Assembly (NCBI GenBank): GCA_030141605.1
Contig: JAQGDQ010000107.1
Coordinates: forward strand, 248,001 to 312,000
Direction: 5' to 3'
Source: Tubiluchus corallicola
Taxonomy: Eukaryota; Animalia; Priapulida
Length of the DNA: 64,000 nt
Each line of letters starts with the position of its first letter. The first letter of the stretch is position 1. A program made the position numbers and the translations under genes. Positions 1 through 21,898 of this stretch are shown piece by piece. Under the pieces are notes generated by a model. That model was not told the DNA's origin, did not search any database, and worked only from the letters and a program-made list of their open reading frames with translations.

Positions 1-1378
1 AATAACATTAGTCAACAAGAATAGTAAGCAATGTGAATATATACCGTTAAGTGAGAGTAAGATATGCTAGTATGGCGTACAACTCATTCCTGTCAGAAAA
101 TTAAAACAATTACGTTCTAGAGCCCAAGTAACTTCGGTAATGAAATTTACAGTCCGTATTTGTTCTTTGCTAACATTACTTTTTACATCTCATGTACAGG
201 AAAAAACTTTAGAAAGAAAATTTTCATTTGTGTAAAAAGTTTTGTACTCGTTACAAATAGATAACAAATTATAACCCATTACAAGAGCCATGAAATCGAG
301 AATTGTGTGTAAAAAAATTGGCTATGCGATTTTCACTATTTAAACAACTATGGTAAATTTAACAAACGGTTTCTGTAACTGTTTAACTGGCGGAACGATA
401 TCACATATAAAAGGAAGACAGTATTTGTGTGATCTAAACAGTAAATTCCAAAGTTTTCTTACAGCAACATTCCAAGCTGTACTTAATTTAGATTAATATC
501 TATTCCTGTGTGATTACAAGCTTTGTTGGAGTATTTATTTCAAAAAATGTTATTAACCCCTTCACCGGAAGTCGGAAATACATTGCTCAACAAGTAGCAA
601 TGCTTGCTTCTCCTGTTAGGTCCATACTAGTTATTGACCACTGCCTCTAAATCCGACCAGCCAAAGTCTGGACACGCTTGTCGGTAACTTCAGGGGAGCT
701 GAATTAGGCTAATAACTTCGAATCGTGTTCGAGTATGGTGTAACAATAAGGTAATTGGCGCCTGCCACACGACGAGGTGCAAATAGCAAACAAAAATTTC
801 CGCAACTCTATTGAGTTTTAGCCGACTGGCAAATTTGGCTTATTAACCCTCGAATGAGTTAATTAATGACGTAGCTACCGAAGCGTTAGATATGATTTCA
901 CAGAGGAATTGTACGAAAAACGTTGGTGTTCATTTTTGACTTGTTCTATTATACCGAGAAAATAACTAAATGGTCAAGGTGCAGGACTAGTTATGAAGTT
1001 AAGCATCGTCGAGCCTGATGAGTAACAGGCAGGAAATCTGCTTCTTATTACTTTAATTTCCCGTATACTGTCACATGCTACAGTAGCTCTTTTCTTTTGA
1101 GGGGGATGCACAATTAAGGCCAAGGCACCCCTGTTGATTCAGTGTCTCATTTAAAAAAATATCTTTGATATTGAAGAGATTTCATTCCCGCCACAATCAT
1201 TTCACGTTAGTAAAAGACTTTCTCGTTGTGTAGCAGCTTGTAATGTTGGTTGTGGCTTGTGTGACTAATAATGTACTGCTTTATAGGCTGAACGATGTTT
1301 CTATGAATTGATTGACTGATTACTAGCTGATTGATTGGTTTTATTTTCCTTTTCCTTTTTTCTTTCTTTTGGCGACTC

Positions 1379-1560
1379 CATTCATTCATTCATTCATTCA
1401 TTCATTCATTCATTCATTCATTCATTCATTCATTCATTCATTCATTCAGTCAGTCAATCATTCATTCATTCGTTCGTTCGTTCATTCATTCATTCGTTCG
1501 TTCGTTCGTTCATTCGTTCATTCATTCATTCAGTCAGTCAGTCAGTCACTCGTTCATTCG
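1379..1560. repeat. (ATTC)n/(GTTC)n/(AGTC)n tetranucleotide microsatellite
   Basis: Visible tandem tetramers just upstream of the first Wnt8 exon seen. Confidence 0.95.
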
Positions 1561-1625
1561 TCCATAGAATCAATAATACATTCGTTCACTCATTCTTTCG
1601 TTTTCATTCGTCCGTTTGTTTTCAG

Positions 1626-4600
1626 GCGTATTTGACGTTTTCTGCGAGTGTGGCAGCAGGAGCACAAATTGGGATGGAAGAGTGCCAGCATCAGTTTGCC
1701 TGGGAGAGATGGAACTGTCCTCGATCGTCATTACCCCTTTATTCTCACAGTGTTCCTGCAGGTAAAAATATTATATTATACTATATTATATTATGTTGTG
1801 TTGTGTTATGTTATGTTATGTTATGCTATGTTATGCTATGTTATGTTATATTATGTTATATTATGTTATATTATATTGTATTGTATTGTATTGTGTTGTA
1901 TTGCATTGTGTTGTATTGTATTGCATTGCATTGCATTGCATTGCATTGCATTACATTACATTACATTACATTACATTATATTACATTACATTACTACATC
2001 ATAGGGCCTGATTAAGTGTTTTGTAGATAAGCATTCAGCATTTTCAGTATTTTTAATCTCTTGCAAATATGAAACACCAATTTTCAACATAGGATAATCA
2101 TCATCATCATTATGTCACCTTCGTTTTCTTCACTACCATCACCATCATCAACATCGTCAGCAGCAGCAGCTCCACCATCACATATCGTTATCGTCGTCGA
2201 TGCTATTATATATGAAATTGCCGTATTACATCTCATTTGATCACGTTACATTTACACTAGATAATTTTAAAAAGGACTATTCGGCTAAAACAGTAACAAT
2301 GTTTTCAGCAACACGGGAAACCTCATTTGTTCATGCCATCAGTTCAGCTGGAGTTATGTACACGTTGACCCGAAACTGTAGTTCTGGAGAATTTGAAAAC
2401 TGCGGTTGTGATGACAGGCGCAAAGGCCAAGGTATTTATATTTTTGACAATTATTTGAGACGCACCTGTATTTACTAAAACACCGTTACCACACTTTCAT
2501 TAGAAATAGAACTACAAACACTACATCTGAATTTTAAGTTGTAATGTTTCCGAAAATAAGACAGGGCCGGCAGTGCGTGCTTAGCTGCAAGGTTAAGTAA
2601 CGCCAGATCTGGTTAGTTAATGGAGAGGTGACAGCCGATATTCAGTCATTTCTTTTCTCGAGGAAGACACGCGCATGCAATTGTACGTACTGAATATTTT
2701 TGCTGGGTCACTGTCTCATCGTACAGGCTTATCCCTGATGATGAGTGAGAATAGTTCGGGTCCCGCCACACTCGTTTTGAGATGACGTCTTACCAAGTTG
2801 CGAAACTGTGCAAAAAGACGTGTAAACTGAAGTGAATAGTCTTTGAAATCTCGGAATAGGTGTATGATATAGATGTCTCTTGGTATTAACACATCGTGAC
2901 TGATCATTTTTGCTCTGAAAGGCGTTTTATTATATAGTTCCATATTTAGTATAGTATAGTTTAGTTTAGTTTAGTTTAGTTTAGTTTAGTTTAGTTTAGT
3001 TTAGTTTAGTTTAGTTTAGTTTAGTTTAGTTTAGTTTAGTTTAGTTTAGTTTAGTTTAGTTTAGTTTAGTTTAGTTTAGTTTAGTTTAGTTTAGTTTAGT
3101 TGACACCTAGAAATTACATCTATGGAAAATTCTACCTGTCAAATATCTTCGCAGTTTGTTTCTTAATACTTTGTTTCTGCCATCTTTGTGTTTTGTTTTG
3201 TTATAGCAGCTCCGGGCTGGACTTGGGGTGGGTGCAGTGACAATGTCAAATTTGGAGAGCAAATAAGTAAGCAGTTCGTAGACGCTTTGGAAACTGGGAA
3301 AGATGCAACAGCTTTGATGAATCTGCACAATAATAAAGCAGGGAGAGCAGTAAGTTCACTTAACACCTTTATTTATATTAACATAGTAAAGCACAATTGA
3401 ATATTTTCACTACTTAACGCAAAGTGTAATAATAGAAATTATGAATAATTGAAATTAAAGGCGTACTAACTTTTTTAGTTTAACACTGATTTTAGTAGAT
3501 GGGGACTCTACCACGTAAACAGCGCTAGTAATAGCGTAATATGCATAACGTGGTGCTATCTACTGGTAAGAAAGATGAGGTATTTTAAAGTGACGCCTCT
3601 TTGATTAATAAATATAATATTTTTTGAATTTCTGGCTTGAATTTATTTTTTAAGTTGTTTGTTGTTGAATTTTATTTTTATTTGTTACAAAACTGAATAA
3701 CTAGAAAACTCGATTGCAAAAGTTGCCTAACGGCCAAATGCAGCAACAGCCAAAGAAACAATTGATCACGTGTCGAAGGTCGTAGAAGTACATGCTATCT
3801 CTAAATTGAAATACAGATTGCTCTTGCAGTATGTTTTAACTTACGTCTACTAGAATATTTGTTTGCATTGATTATGGTCAAGATTAAAGAGCAAAATTTG
3901 TTGTTATCAGGCGGTCCGCCATACTCTAAAACGAACCTGCAAGTGCCACGGCGTATCCGGAAGTTGTTCGACGCAAACATGTTGGCTGCAGTTGTCCGAT
4001 TTCCGGAAAGTTGGCGATTACTTGAAGAAGAGATACTGGAAAGCGGTGAAAGTTGACTATAAAAACGGCGAATTGAAATTGATGAATACAGGACGTATTG
4101 AAGAAATACCTTCCCTAAAAAGGAGGAGTCTCGTCTATTTGGAACCATCCCATGACTATTGCAAAGCTAATATTACAGAAGGTATGAAGTCCGGTACGAT
4201 GTTTAATTTATTTTTCTTTGTCTAACTTTACCTTACCTTACTCAACTTTACAACTTTACAATATACTTAGCTTTACTTTGTTTTGCATTATTTTTACTTT
4301 ACTTTACTTTGCCATATTTTGCTTAAAGTTAATTTACTTTTCTTTACTTCACTTTGCCGTATTTTGCTTTGCTTTGCTTTACTTTGTGTTACTTTACTTT
4401 GCTTTGCTTTACTTTACTTTGCTTTTCTTTGCTTTGCTTTACATTAATTTACTTTACTTTACTTTACTTTACTTTACTTTACTTTACTTTACTTTACTTT
4501 ACTTTACTTTACTTTACTTTACTTTACTTTACTTTACTTTACTTTACTTTACTTTACTTTACTTTTACTTTACTTTACTTTACTTTACTTTACTTTACTT

Positions 4601-5758
4601 TACTTTACTTTACTTTACTTTACTTTACTTTACTTTACTTTACTTTACTTTACTTTACTTTACTTTACTTTACTTTACTTTACTTTACTTTACTGTACTT
4701 TACTTTACTTTACTTTACTTTACTTTACTTTGCCTTACTTTACTTTGCTTTGCTTTACCTTACTTTGTTTTACTTTACTTTACTTTACTTTACTTTACTT
4801 TACTTTACTTTACTTTACTTTACTTTACTTTACTTTACTTTACTTTACTTTACTTTACTTTACTTTACTTTACTTTACTTTACTTTACTTTACTTTACTT
4901 TACTTTACTTTACTTTACTTTACTTTACTTTACTTTACTTTACTTTACTTTACTTTACTTTACTTTACTTTACTTTACTTTACTTTACTTTACTTTACTT
5001 TACTTTCGGTATTGTGATATGTGGGTAATCCTCAGAATACAGGTTATGCATATATTTATATTGAAACAAAATCGCGGCTTTCTGTAAGCATTCCTATCAT
5101 TTTTCATTGACAGTAACAAATGGGTCATGAAGTTTCTTGTTTAGCTTTTTTATGCGAGATGTTTAACCGTTTCGTTAGTTGAACTCAATCTTTTGGCGTT
5201 TTGGTGCTAAACTTTTAAGCCTCTGTTTCTGCGACCCATATATAGCATAATGATTATTACATCCTTTGACTTGGTGCCCAGTTAGATGAACAAAGTCTTT
5301 CTTCACATAATAAATTTTATTTTTAATACCAAGCGCTGATGCACATTTATCAGTTTGCTAAATTAATAAAAGTATCATGACGTAAACATGTACTGTCAAA
5401 TTTAGAATAGGTAAAAAAGTTCTCATAACTATAAGCTTAATCTTGATCTTATTGTCGCTGCATTCTTGGGTTTTTTTAAGACAAATGTGTATCAGTTCAC
5501 AATACAAATTTATGTGGCTTTCAATGAATTACAGGACATGTTGGAACAGCGGGCAGGCTTTGCTCTAAACGAAAGGGAAAAGAAATTTCACAATCAGAGA
5601 GACGAAGCTGTAAAACCTTGTGTAAAAACTGCGGTTTGAAAGTTCGCCGACAGACCCTGCAACTGTTTACAAGCTGCAATTGTAAATTCGAATGGTGTTG
5701 CGAAGTAAAATGTGAAGAATGTCGTGAAACTGTTGATAAACTAACTTGCGTGGCATGA
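1626..5758 (+). CDS. Wnt8: Wnt8 ligand, 5'-partial (5 exons: 1626-1761, 2309-2431, 3207-3349, 3911-4181, 5535-5758)
   Basis: The joined exons (897 nt, GT-AG, phases consistent) give [109 protein letters not shown]. The AYLTxSASVAxGAQ start and [24 protein letters not shown] are Wnt8-type. The palmitoleoylation Ser motif CHGVSGSC is intact. The signal-peptide exon was not found in the window. Confidence 0.93.
1770..1995. repeat. compound pentanucleotide microsatellite (TTATA/TTATG/TTGTA/TTGCA/TTACA)
   Basis: Tandem pentamers whose unit changes stepwise along the array. Confidence 0.9.
2585..2640 (+). pseudogene. degenerate 5S rRNA-derived fragment (internal control region)
   Basis: aaggttaagtaacgccagatctggttagttaatggagaggtgacagcc aligns by eye to the 5S A-box/IE/C-box segment gaagttaagcaacg..ggttagtacttggatgggtgaccgcc. 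Confidence 0.5.
2945..3100. repeat. (TTTAG)n microsatellite
   Basis: About 30 near-perfect pentamers in a Wnt8 intron. Confidence 0.97.
4220..5006. repeat. (TTTAC)n microsatellite
   Basis: Long pentamer array, degenerate at its 5' side, in the last Wnt8 intron. Confidence 0.97.
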
Positions 5759-5959
5759 TAATGCCAGTGCAAGTCTGAAATGTAAATATTATTATGTCTT
5801 ATAATACTGTGTGTTAAGTTTTCTTGATGCCATCCAAAATAGCCACTGTGGGCATGGCACTGTAATCGATTGTGTCCTCTGCCCCGCCTGCCCCGCAAGT
5901 GTGTGAATAGCTACTGCCAAATTCTTTTCAACTTAACTATTATTTCACAGAAACTTACA

Positions 5960-6750
5960 ATTATTATTGTTATTATGAGTTTATTTCGTATAAAAAATAT
6001 ACAGCTCACAAAGATAAAAATGTTAGTAAAACAGGTAATGCGATATTAGTAAAATAACATATCTACAGACATTCAACTTTATAATAACCACACATTGTAG
6101 TTCCCTTGTAATTATATTACATTATACAGTGTTGTAAGGAGCTATAATAGATATCTTAAAACATAATCTTTAAATGAGTTCTTAACCTTTAATTTTACAT
6201 TTTCGTTTAGGATTTAGAGCTACAGTACAACCATGTTTAAATCTTAAAGTTACTTGACTGTTATTTACATAGTAGCATGGCTTTGGAATTCTCAATGTGC
6301 AGGAGTTTACAATTTTTCTCACAAAGTTTAATTTTCGACTATCTACTAAATAACTCGCAGGCAATGCGCCACAAAAATACATTAACAATTTGACGCTTTC
6401 ATTTTGTCTAAAATCGAATATTTTTCTATAAGCAGTGTTCCATTTTACCCTAATGGCATTAACTTCATTGTCTGATATACCCCCAATTTCGCATCCGTAT
6501 AACAAATATGTATGGTAGACATTGGGTAGACAATATGTATTGATCAGAGTTTTAGCTACTATGTCATTACGATTATGGCCCATACTTGAGAGAATATTAC
6601 ATTATAAATTTTGTAGAATTCATTTAAGACGAAATCATCTCTTGAATTCCGAATCAATGTGGCAGGCTTTTCTTGCGTGCTTTGATAACTTATGTAGTTC
6701 ACGATAAAGTTTGTATTTGTGTAGTAGGCAGGTCTTTCACGTTGCAAAAT
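5960..6750 (-). mobile_element. decayed non-LTR retrotransposon (LINE) 3' fragment
   Basis: ORF 6182-6583 (YCLP..LLYGCE..IRVKWNTAYRKIF..ESVKLLMYFCGALP..RKLNF) resembles the post-RT C-terminal region of CR1/L2-group LINEs. Boundaries are approximate. Confidence 0.7.
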
Positions 6751-6829
6751 AATTGTGATGATTTATGTTGGGTTGCAATTTTAACGTAATGTTCTTTTCT
6801 TGTTTGCTCGCAGACATTGTATACAATAA

Positions 6830-7230
6830 TGGGCGTATTAACAAATAGGCTAACTAGGCTAAAGCCTAGGGCGCCAAAGGTCCGAAGAGCGTCACGTTTT
6901 AGAAAAAATTCTTATTTTACTTGGAAAATGTGTGTACTTTCATATTCATGTAAAGGGCGCATTTTCTAATACATCATTTTATATTAGTGAGAGCAACTTT
7001 TATATAAGTGCCACATAACGAACAGGTGCAAGGTATTACACAAAAAGCAGTTGCGCAGCCTGCGCTGTGCAAATACATGTTAATAATAATGACCACGTAA
7101 AACTAGGTTAATAGTGTTTCTAATACACCACAAGTAATTGTTTATCGTGCTCATTATATAAGTTCGCAATAGAAATGGACCAGACAGAATAATCAGCCTA
7201 GGACGCTGTAAAGTATTGATACGCCCCTGT
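6830..7230. mobile_element. possible hAT-like MITE
   Basis: Ends gggcgtattaa and ttgatacgcccctg form an imperfect inverted repeat, with internal gcctagg(g/a)cgc motifs. No clear TSD. Confidence 0.4.
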
Positions 7231-7889
7231 ACGCAACAAAGTGGATTCACGATAAGTGGTTAAAATATTCGACTACTTGATTTTGAACGCAGTTTAGTGT
7301 AATAAAGATGGCCAACAATCGTTGAAAGCATGTTTTTCGATGATTGATGACTTTTTATTATGGTAACTCTATACTTCATTAACAAGTATTATTAAACTAT
7401 TCATTCATTAAGCATAATAATTTTGGTAATGTAAACCTCAGTTTCTGAACAGCGAAAAACTGTATGCAGTTTAATTTGTTTAAACGGTTTGTGCAGTGTT
7501 TGTTTCGTTTTCTTAAGTTGGTGAACGAAACTCTTTGACAATTACTGACAGTAAATTAATTTTATTAAACGTTAATTATCTATTGATTAAGTATCATGTA
7601 TTAAATAATCTGTAATTCGTTGACAATTTCACTGTGTTTTTTGAACATAATTTGCTATATTACTGGCTCAAGTCAGCCTGATTATGAGGAATTAGTTTTG
7701 TTATGTATAGCTTTGATTGTTTTCCTGTACAGAATGTTAATATCCGTGACGTTTTAGAAAAATAATAATCACTCGTTAAACTATAGATTCTAATAATTAT
7801 GTTTGATGGTTTTTTATCATTTATGTACATAAGGGTTGGCCTCATAGTACCTTAAGCAATGCCCACGAATGTACCTGTTGTTATCGTCA

Positions 7890-8190
7890 ATCATGATGAT
7901 GATGATGATGCTGATGACCACGACGAGGTTATTGTTGTTGTTGTTGCTGCTGCTGCTGCTGCTGTTGTTGTTGTTGTCGTTGATGATGATGGTGAGGATG
8001 ATGATGATGATGCTGATGACCACGACGATGTTATTGTTATTGTTGTTGCTGCTGCTGTTGTTGTTATTGTCGTTGTCGTTGATGATGATGATGATGCTGA
8101 TGACCACGATGATGTTATTGTTGTTGTTACTGCTGCTGTTGTCGTTGTCGTTGTTGATGATGACGACGACGATGATGGTGATGGTGATGC
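7890..8190. repeat. compound trinucleotide repeat (GAT/GTT/GCT) with higher-order duplication
   Basis: Three blocks, each containing gatgctgatgaccacga. Confidence 0.9.
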
Positions 8191-8819
8191 TGTTAGTGAA
8201 TGTAGTGGTGATGGCAATGAACAAAGAGATGTTCCCTGCTGGACTATTAAAATGTCTGTGATGTTTTGTGTTTACAAGTTTCCGTCTGAGCGAAGTATTT
8301 TCGTTTCTAATAAATGTAGGTCTATACTTAAGAAAATTGTGATGCAGAAAGGCTACGTACGTAACAACTTTTTGAGCTCTCAGAAGCTACACGGATCAGT
8401 TATTACACTACATGTAGTCGTGAGTAGTTAAATAGCTAAAAGGAAACACCAGCATCCTGTTCCACAAACTATTGTATGTTGTTGTTTGTGAGCACGAGTC
8501 TTGTATGAATTACGTATATATACAGCCCTCATACCCTTGAACATTTAATGCGATAGTTTACTGTCGAAGCAAGACTGCAGGACGTATGTTACCTCAACGT
8601 ACAGTCGTAAATGAATTCATAAAGACACTGAATTTCAGAAATTGAATTAAGAAACATTTATACGCCAACAACGTTGCAAGACATTTTGAAATGGATTCGT
8701 CAAAGACAATTTTCATGGTTTGTGTTTTTGTGGGGCTAGTTGCTAACTTAGGATACGGTAAGTTTGCATTATTATAATTTGAAATCATAGTATTCTATAC
8801 GAATCTATGTTCTATACGT

Positions 8820-9085
8820 ACAGTATCTATAGACTTGTTAAGAATAACTTAGAGTAATACTCTTTGGTGTTTTTTTAATTTAGAAGTGACAACGAAAAGT
8901 TTTTTGACAAGTACCGTACAGTATAGACATACATAACTTACAGTAATACGGTATGGTAGTTTTAATTTACAAGTGACAACTGAAAGTTTTTTGACAAGTA
9001 CCGTACAGTATAGACGTACATAACTTACAGTAATACGGTTTGGTGTTTTTTAATTTAGAAGTGACAGCTGCAAGTTTTTTTGATA
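8820..9085. repeat. tandem repeat, unit about 88 bp, 2-3 copies
   Basis: aagtgacaac..tttttgacaagtaccgtacagtatagac..cataacttacagtaatacggt is repeated. Confidence 0.85.
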
Positions 9086-10940
9086 AATTGAAACATCCAC
9101 CAGAAAATGAATGTCTCCTAAGCGGTGAGTACTGTTCTTTCAAGTTGTTACAGTGATAAATTAGAATTCCGTTGTCTAGATTAAATGCACTTACTATTAA
9201 CGGGATCAAAACAAATGGTGAATTACTTTTGCAAGAGGTTACTTACATCTAATCGCTCCTACGCTTGTTTGTTTTGAACTTCCACCTACGTTTTCAGTTC
9301 AGATACGTCGTAATTGTTGTTAAATTTCGGAAATGTTTATTAAGTAATAGAGAACGTCCATTATGGTGGTGCACTCCGGCAGAGAGACAGCCACCACGAC
9401 ACTCGTAAAAGGAGTTTTCTTGGTTACAGGTTGTTGGGCTCCAGTTACGTATTACTGTTTTGTGTGGCCATGCGATCCCAGAATTAAGCAGTGTGGATAT
9501 CATGAGAAATGTGTGTAAGTATCAAATCGTAAGTACAATAAATTGAATAGGACTTTGAATAGGACTTTTTAATCTCTGCATGGGAATTTGGCTTTTGTTT
9601 TAGCTGTTTGCTTGCTTGTTTGTCTGTTTGTTTATTTGTGTGTTTGTGTCTGCTGTTTGTTTATTTGTTTGTTTTTGTGTTTGTTTGGTTTTTTGTTTTA
9701 ACGGTTGTAATTTTGCAGGTTACGGTTGCATCAGATGACCTCTAAATATAGATTGTCAGAAAGCCACAATAGATTGTCAAAAAGCCACAATAGACTGTCA
9801 GAAAGCCCCAACCATTTATCCTATGTAACGGTTAAATGATAAAAATATCGATACACATCAACAGTTTAAAAGTATCCAATTTTATTAATAATAATTAGAC
9901 GGTTTTTTTTCTTATTCCAGGGCTTGTGATACTTGCAAGGCGTGTTGCGTTGACGAGAATTATACAGTTGTCAGACCTCAGATCAAAGGATAAAGCATCC
10001 CATCGTTTTATTTTTATTTATATTTAAACAGTAATTATTTAGGTTTCTAATATTTATATATATATATATATTATAACAATTATATATATATATAATAATT
10101 AAAACTACAACAAATATAATTTCATTGTAGTCTTCCGTGTTTTAATAATTTTTCTTTGTCATTTTTACTGGAACACATGATTTGCTGTCTATTATTTATT
10201 TACATTCTAGAGTTGGATATCTATCAAGCTACGTAAAACGTGTATTTGAAATAAAGGACTAAAACAAGGTATACCCTTGCTCTGGAAACATCTGTATTTG
10301 TTCAATTCCCCAGCCAATGACGCTCGGAGCTCTGATTCGCATGCCAACCTTTGCGATTCCTGGTTTCCTAAATTTACTCCATTAATTTTTCTGCCTCTGC
10401 ACTTTAATTATTAAAACAACTTTAATCTTGAATTAGTTAAATCAAATGAAAAACGAAATCAGTATTTTAATTCGTCATAAAACATGTACATGATTTAATG
10501 TCCAAATGAGTTGCTAAAGAATTACAAGTTTAAAGCTCCTCTTTTTAAGTGCATTAATAGAAAAAAGATGATAGTTAATTGAATCATCACAAAACTTCAA
10601 TGTTTAAGTGCATTAATAGAAAAAGATGATAGTTAATTAAATCTTCACAAAACTTCAATGTGTTTTAATTCTAACTTTCGTCTGCACGCAGCTTACTAAC
10701 TTGTGTATATTAGCAGCAGTTCATTTGGTTAAGTATAGGTGTATACACAGTGCATAGAATACATTTCCCCCCAGATTAGAGTTCTTCGTCTGACCGAATT
10801 CCTCCCATGGCAAAAGTTCCTGCTTTTGCATCTGAAACTTCTCCTCTAGGCGCCTAGCCCCTTACCGCTTGACCCTACGTTGCATGAACAATCATGCAGA
10901 TTTTCATATGAAACTCTTGTACTTGTGGGTGTTCGACACT

Positions 10941-18973
<8,033 letters not shown>

Positions 18974-21463
18974 GCTAATGTCGATGTTGCTGCATTAAAC
19001 ACAACAGACTGCAATTTTTTTAAAAATAGATTTCACTGCCTTGGCCGCTTGGGATATTTGAAAGCGTCGCACTAATTTTGAAGACGTGTTTTTTATACAC
19101 GTGTCTACAATATAACGTTTGTAGATGTAAATCAACACATTTAAATGATGTAATCAACGCTAATATCGAGATTTGACTGTTTATTGCTAAGCAGTACTGC
19201 CTGTTATGTACAAGACTCACAAGCAAGCTTTAACTGAGCGCAACGGCACTCGCAAATTCGGAAATAAACCTATTTTTAAGCTCACTTATGAGTGGACTAC
19301 TGAAGTACAAGGTCATGCTAGACTTGTTTTATACGTGGGCAAGAGGGCGCTGTTTTAAGGGCTACCGGTTTTGGAATAACGTGCGCCAAATTTTTTAAAT
19401 CATCTAAAATGTGAAAAAAATGCGCATGAGGCTTGCCATCTTTAGCCTGAATAAAACGTTGAATGCACTTTATAATCTCACAATAGATTACTTATTTATT
19501 TCAGGAGTTTTCGTCCTAACGGCCTCATCAGATGAATATTACAGATAAAATGTTAAGGCAGTAGGTCACCAGAGTGAAAAAAAGAAAATGAAAAGCAAAA
19601 CATCATTGATTTAAAATATAACAAGCTATAAAAAATTACCACGACTGAATAGAAAGAAAAACCAATCACTATGCAATAAGTCTTCCCAGAATAAAAGCTA
19701 ATTAAATAAAATAAAAAGACTAAATTAACATACCTGAATAGACTAACGTGTTAAAAGAATTGCAGTCGGTTTTGTCTTCGATATAGAGTTTCCGGGAGAT
19801 AACACAGCACTGAGCAAGCCACTGTGTTAATAGTCGAAAATACAATTCATTACTTCATTTTCAGCATTACGAAAAAAGTATTATACCTCCAGCATTTTAC
19901 TGAACTACTTTTGAACCATCATTGTTATTAACCACTTTGAATACCAAGTTTTGAATTTTAGTAATGTCACAGTTTAGGATTTCAACTGCAAGGCTAATAT
20001 TTTTCAGGGGACAAAAAAGAGAGAGAGTTAGAAAAAAGTATGTAAACAACGAAGAGTATTCTCCAAGTTTGCAGATGTGTCATTAATGAACACCAAAACA
20101 ACAGTGGGCGTAGAATCTATCCTTGGAGACTCCCGCCTCTACGTGAATCCTTTCTGAGGCATTCAGATCCCTTAATGACAACACTTTGATGACAGCTCTC
20201 TAAATATTATTTTATTTTAGCCAATCTAATAATGGGCTGCATGTAATTTGAAAAAAAACCGTCATGTTGAAATCAATCAAAAACCTTGGATACATTTAAG
20301 TGCACTCTGACAATCTCTTCCTGGTTGCTAACCCTCGAGTGTAATATTAATTATTGGCCGGTATAAGTTGATGGGTCACTAGGATGGAAATGAGACAGAG
20401 ATTTGCAAGAAGAAACTACGTTCATGCAAGGAGGTTGTAGATTATTTTAAAAGTAAATTTTTAAAGCACAAGAAAAACCTCCACTTACATAAAGCTTAAA
20501 AAATTCGTCTTGAAATTTATACCATTTACACACTGTCTTTTTGCATGCAGTCGGCATCGTCGTTTGCGTCGGCTGTAACGCTGAATAAAGTGTGTAAATT
20601 TACTCCCGCGATGACCATTAGGGGCAGCCATTTTGATGGTAGGTCGTTTGAAACAAGTTTAGATAACACTGAGCAAAGTTTGAAAAAATAATCAGAGCAT
20701 CCTAGCATAGATAACACTGAGTAATTTTTGAAAAAATAATCAGAGCATCCTAGCATACATGTTACTAACTAAGTAAAATTTTAAATTACTGTATCTTGTC
20801 AATAAGATTAGAAATACCATTTTGGTTACTGAGTGGCGCACCCTGAAGGGTGACTCAGCGACATTTTACCAATTGGCACGAATATTTTAAATTGTTATTT
20901 CTAGTTACATAAGTCTTTCCAGCAGTTAAGCGAAATGGTAAGTAATATGGATATGCATGGAATATTTTTTTGGAAATAATTTAGCAATGCCTTTTCTTCC
21001 CCTGATTTTCGTGTCGTAGTGACGTCATGTAATGGCGCCGTCAGAACAGTATTGCAGAAGATTTAAAATGAAAACAAACAAAAATTCCTTTCAACGCAAG
21101 CACTATGTACACATATAATTGCTGTAAAGTAGTATAATTTTTAAGGCGATTTTTCTGAAACCTACATCAGGTACCCTTTTTCTTGTCTTTTAAATATTTT
21201 GGAAACAACAGTAGTAGTATGCATTGCTTTTCCCCGCAACACAGCACACTGCTCACATTAAATAAGTGTAACCAACTGCAACATTCCGTTTTATGACAAT
21301 TTTATTTTTAAATACAGAAAAAAAACAAGCGTTTGTAGTATAGCAATTAACAAGACATAGTTTAAAAGGATCTACAAATGTATATAACTAACGGATATAT
21401 AATTATGTTTTCAAATGCTTCTATTTCTCTGTTCCCGTATTAGTTATAGCCGCTTATGTAATA

Positions 21464-21898
21464 TAGGGGCGGATACAGGTTTTAGAACAACGGTGAGTCC
21501 AACAGAAAAGCACTTACGGGGGTTGGGGGAGCGGTGTAAGCTCCCCAACGAGGTCCACCCGGACAACAACACATTTTACTGCATTTCGACCACTTTTCTG
21601 CCTTCTAAAAGCCATTTCTTCAAGGACGCTCACTAGTTTAGAACAGGTTTCATTTCACCTTTGATTTAAGATTACATGCCAATATATTGATAAACATTAT
21701 ACAGCATACATGAATGTACAATCATTTACATTTGTTTTCTGGTGATACATGAGTTTTACAGATATAAGGCATCTTTAGGATTTAGGAAATCGTTGTAATG
21801 CGTATAATTCAGAGAAAATATTCATTTGGTGTGTTGTAACTGTTACTGTGAAAGGGAGGGCCCAGGCCCCTTGAGCACACCCCCTAAATCAGCCACTG
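21464..21898. mobile_element. possible hAT-like MITE
   Basis: Ends taggggcggatacagg and ccctaaatcagccactg form an imperfect inverted repeat around a GC-richer interior. No TSD seen. Confidence 0.45.

Noticed and set aside
1331-5087. Long ORFs such as FIHS-, LCYVM- and LLYFT-repeat proteins
   Set aside because: They are translations of stop-free intronic microsatellites, open in several frames.
7817-8431. Poly-D/V/M/L/T ORFs on both strands
   Set aside because: Trinucleotide-repeat artefacts with no splice or domain support.
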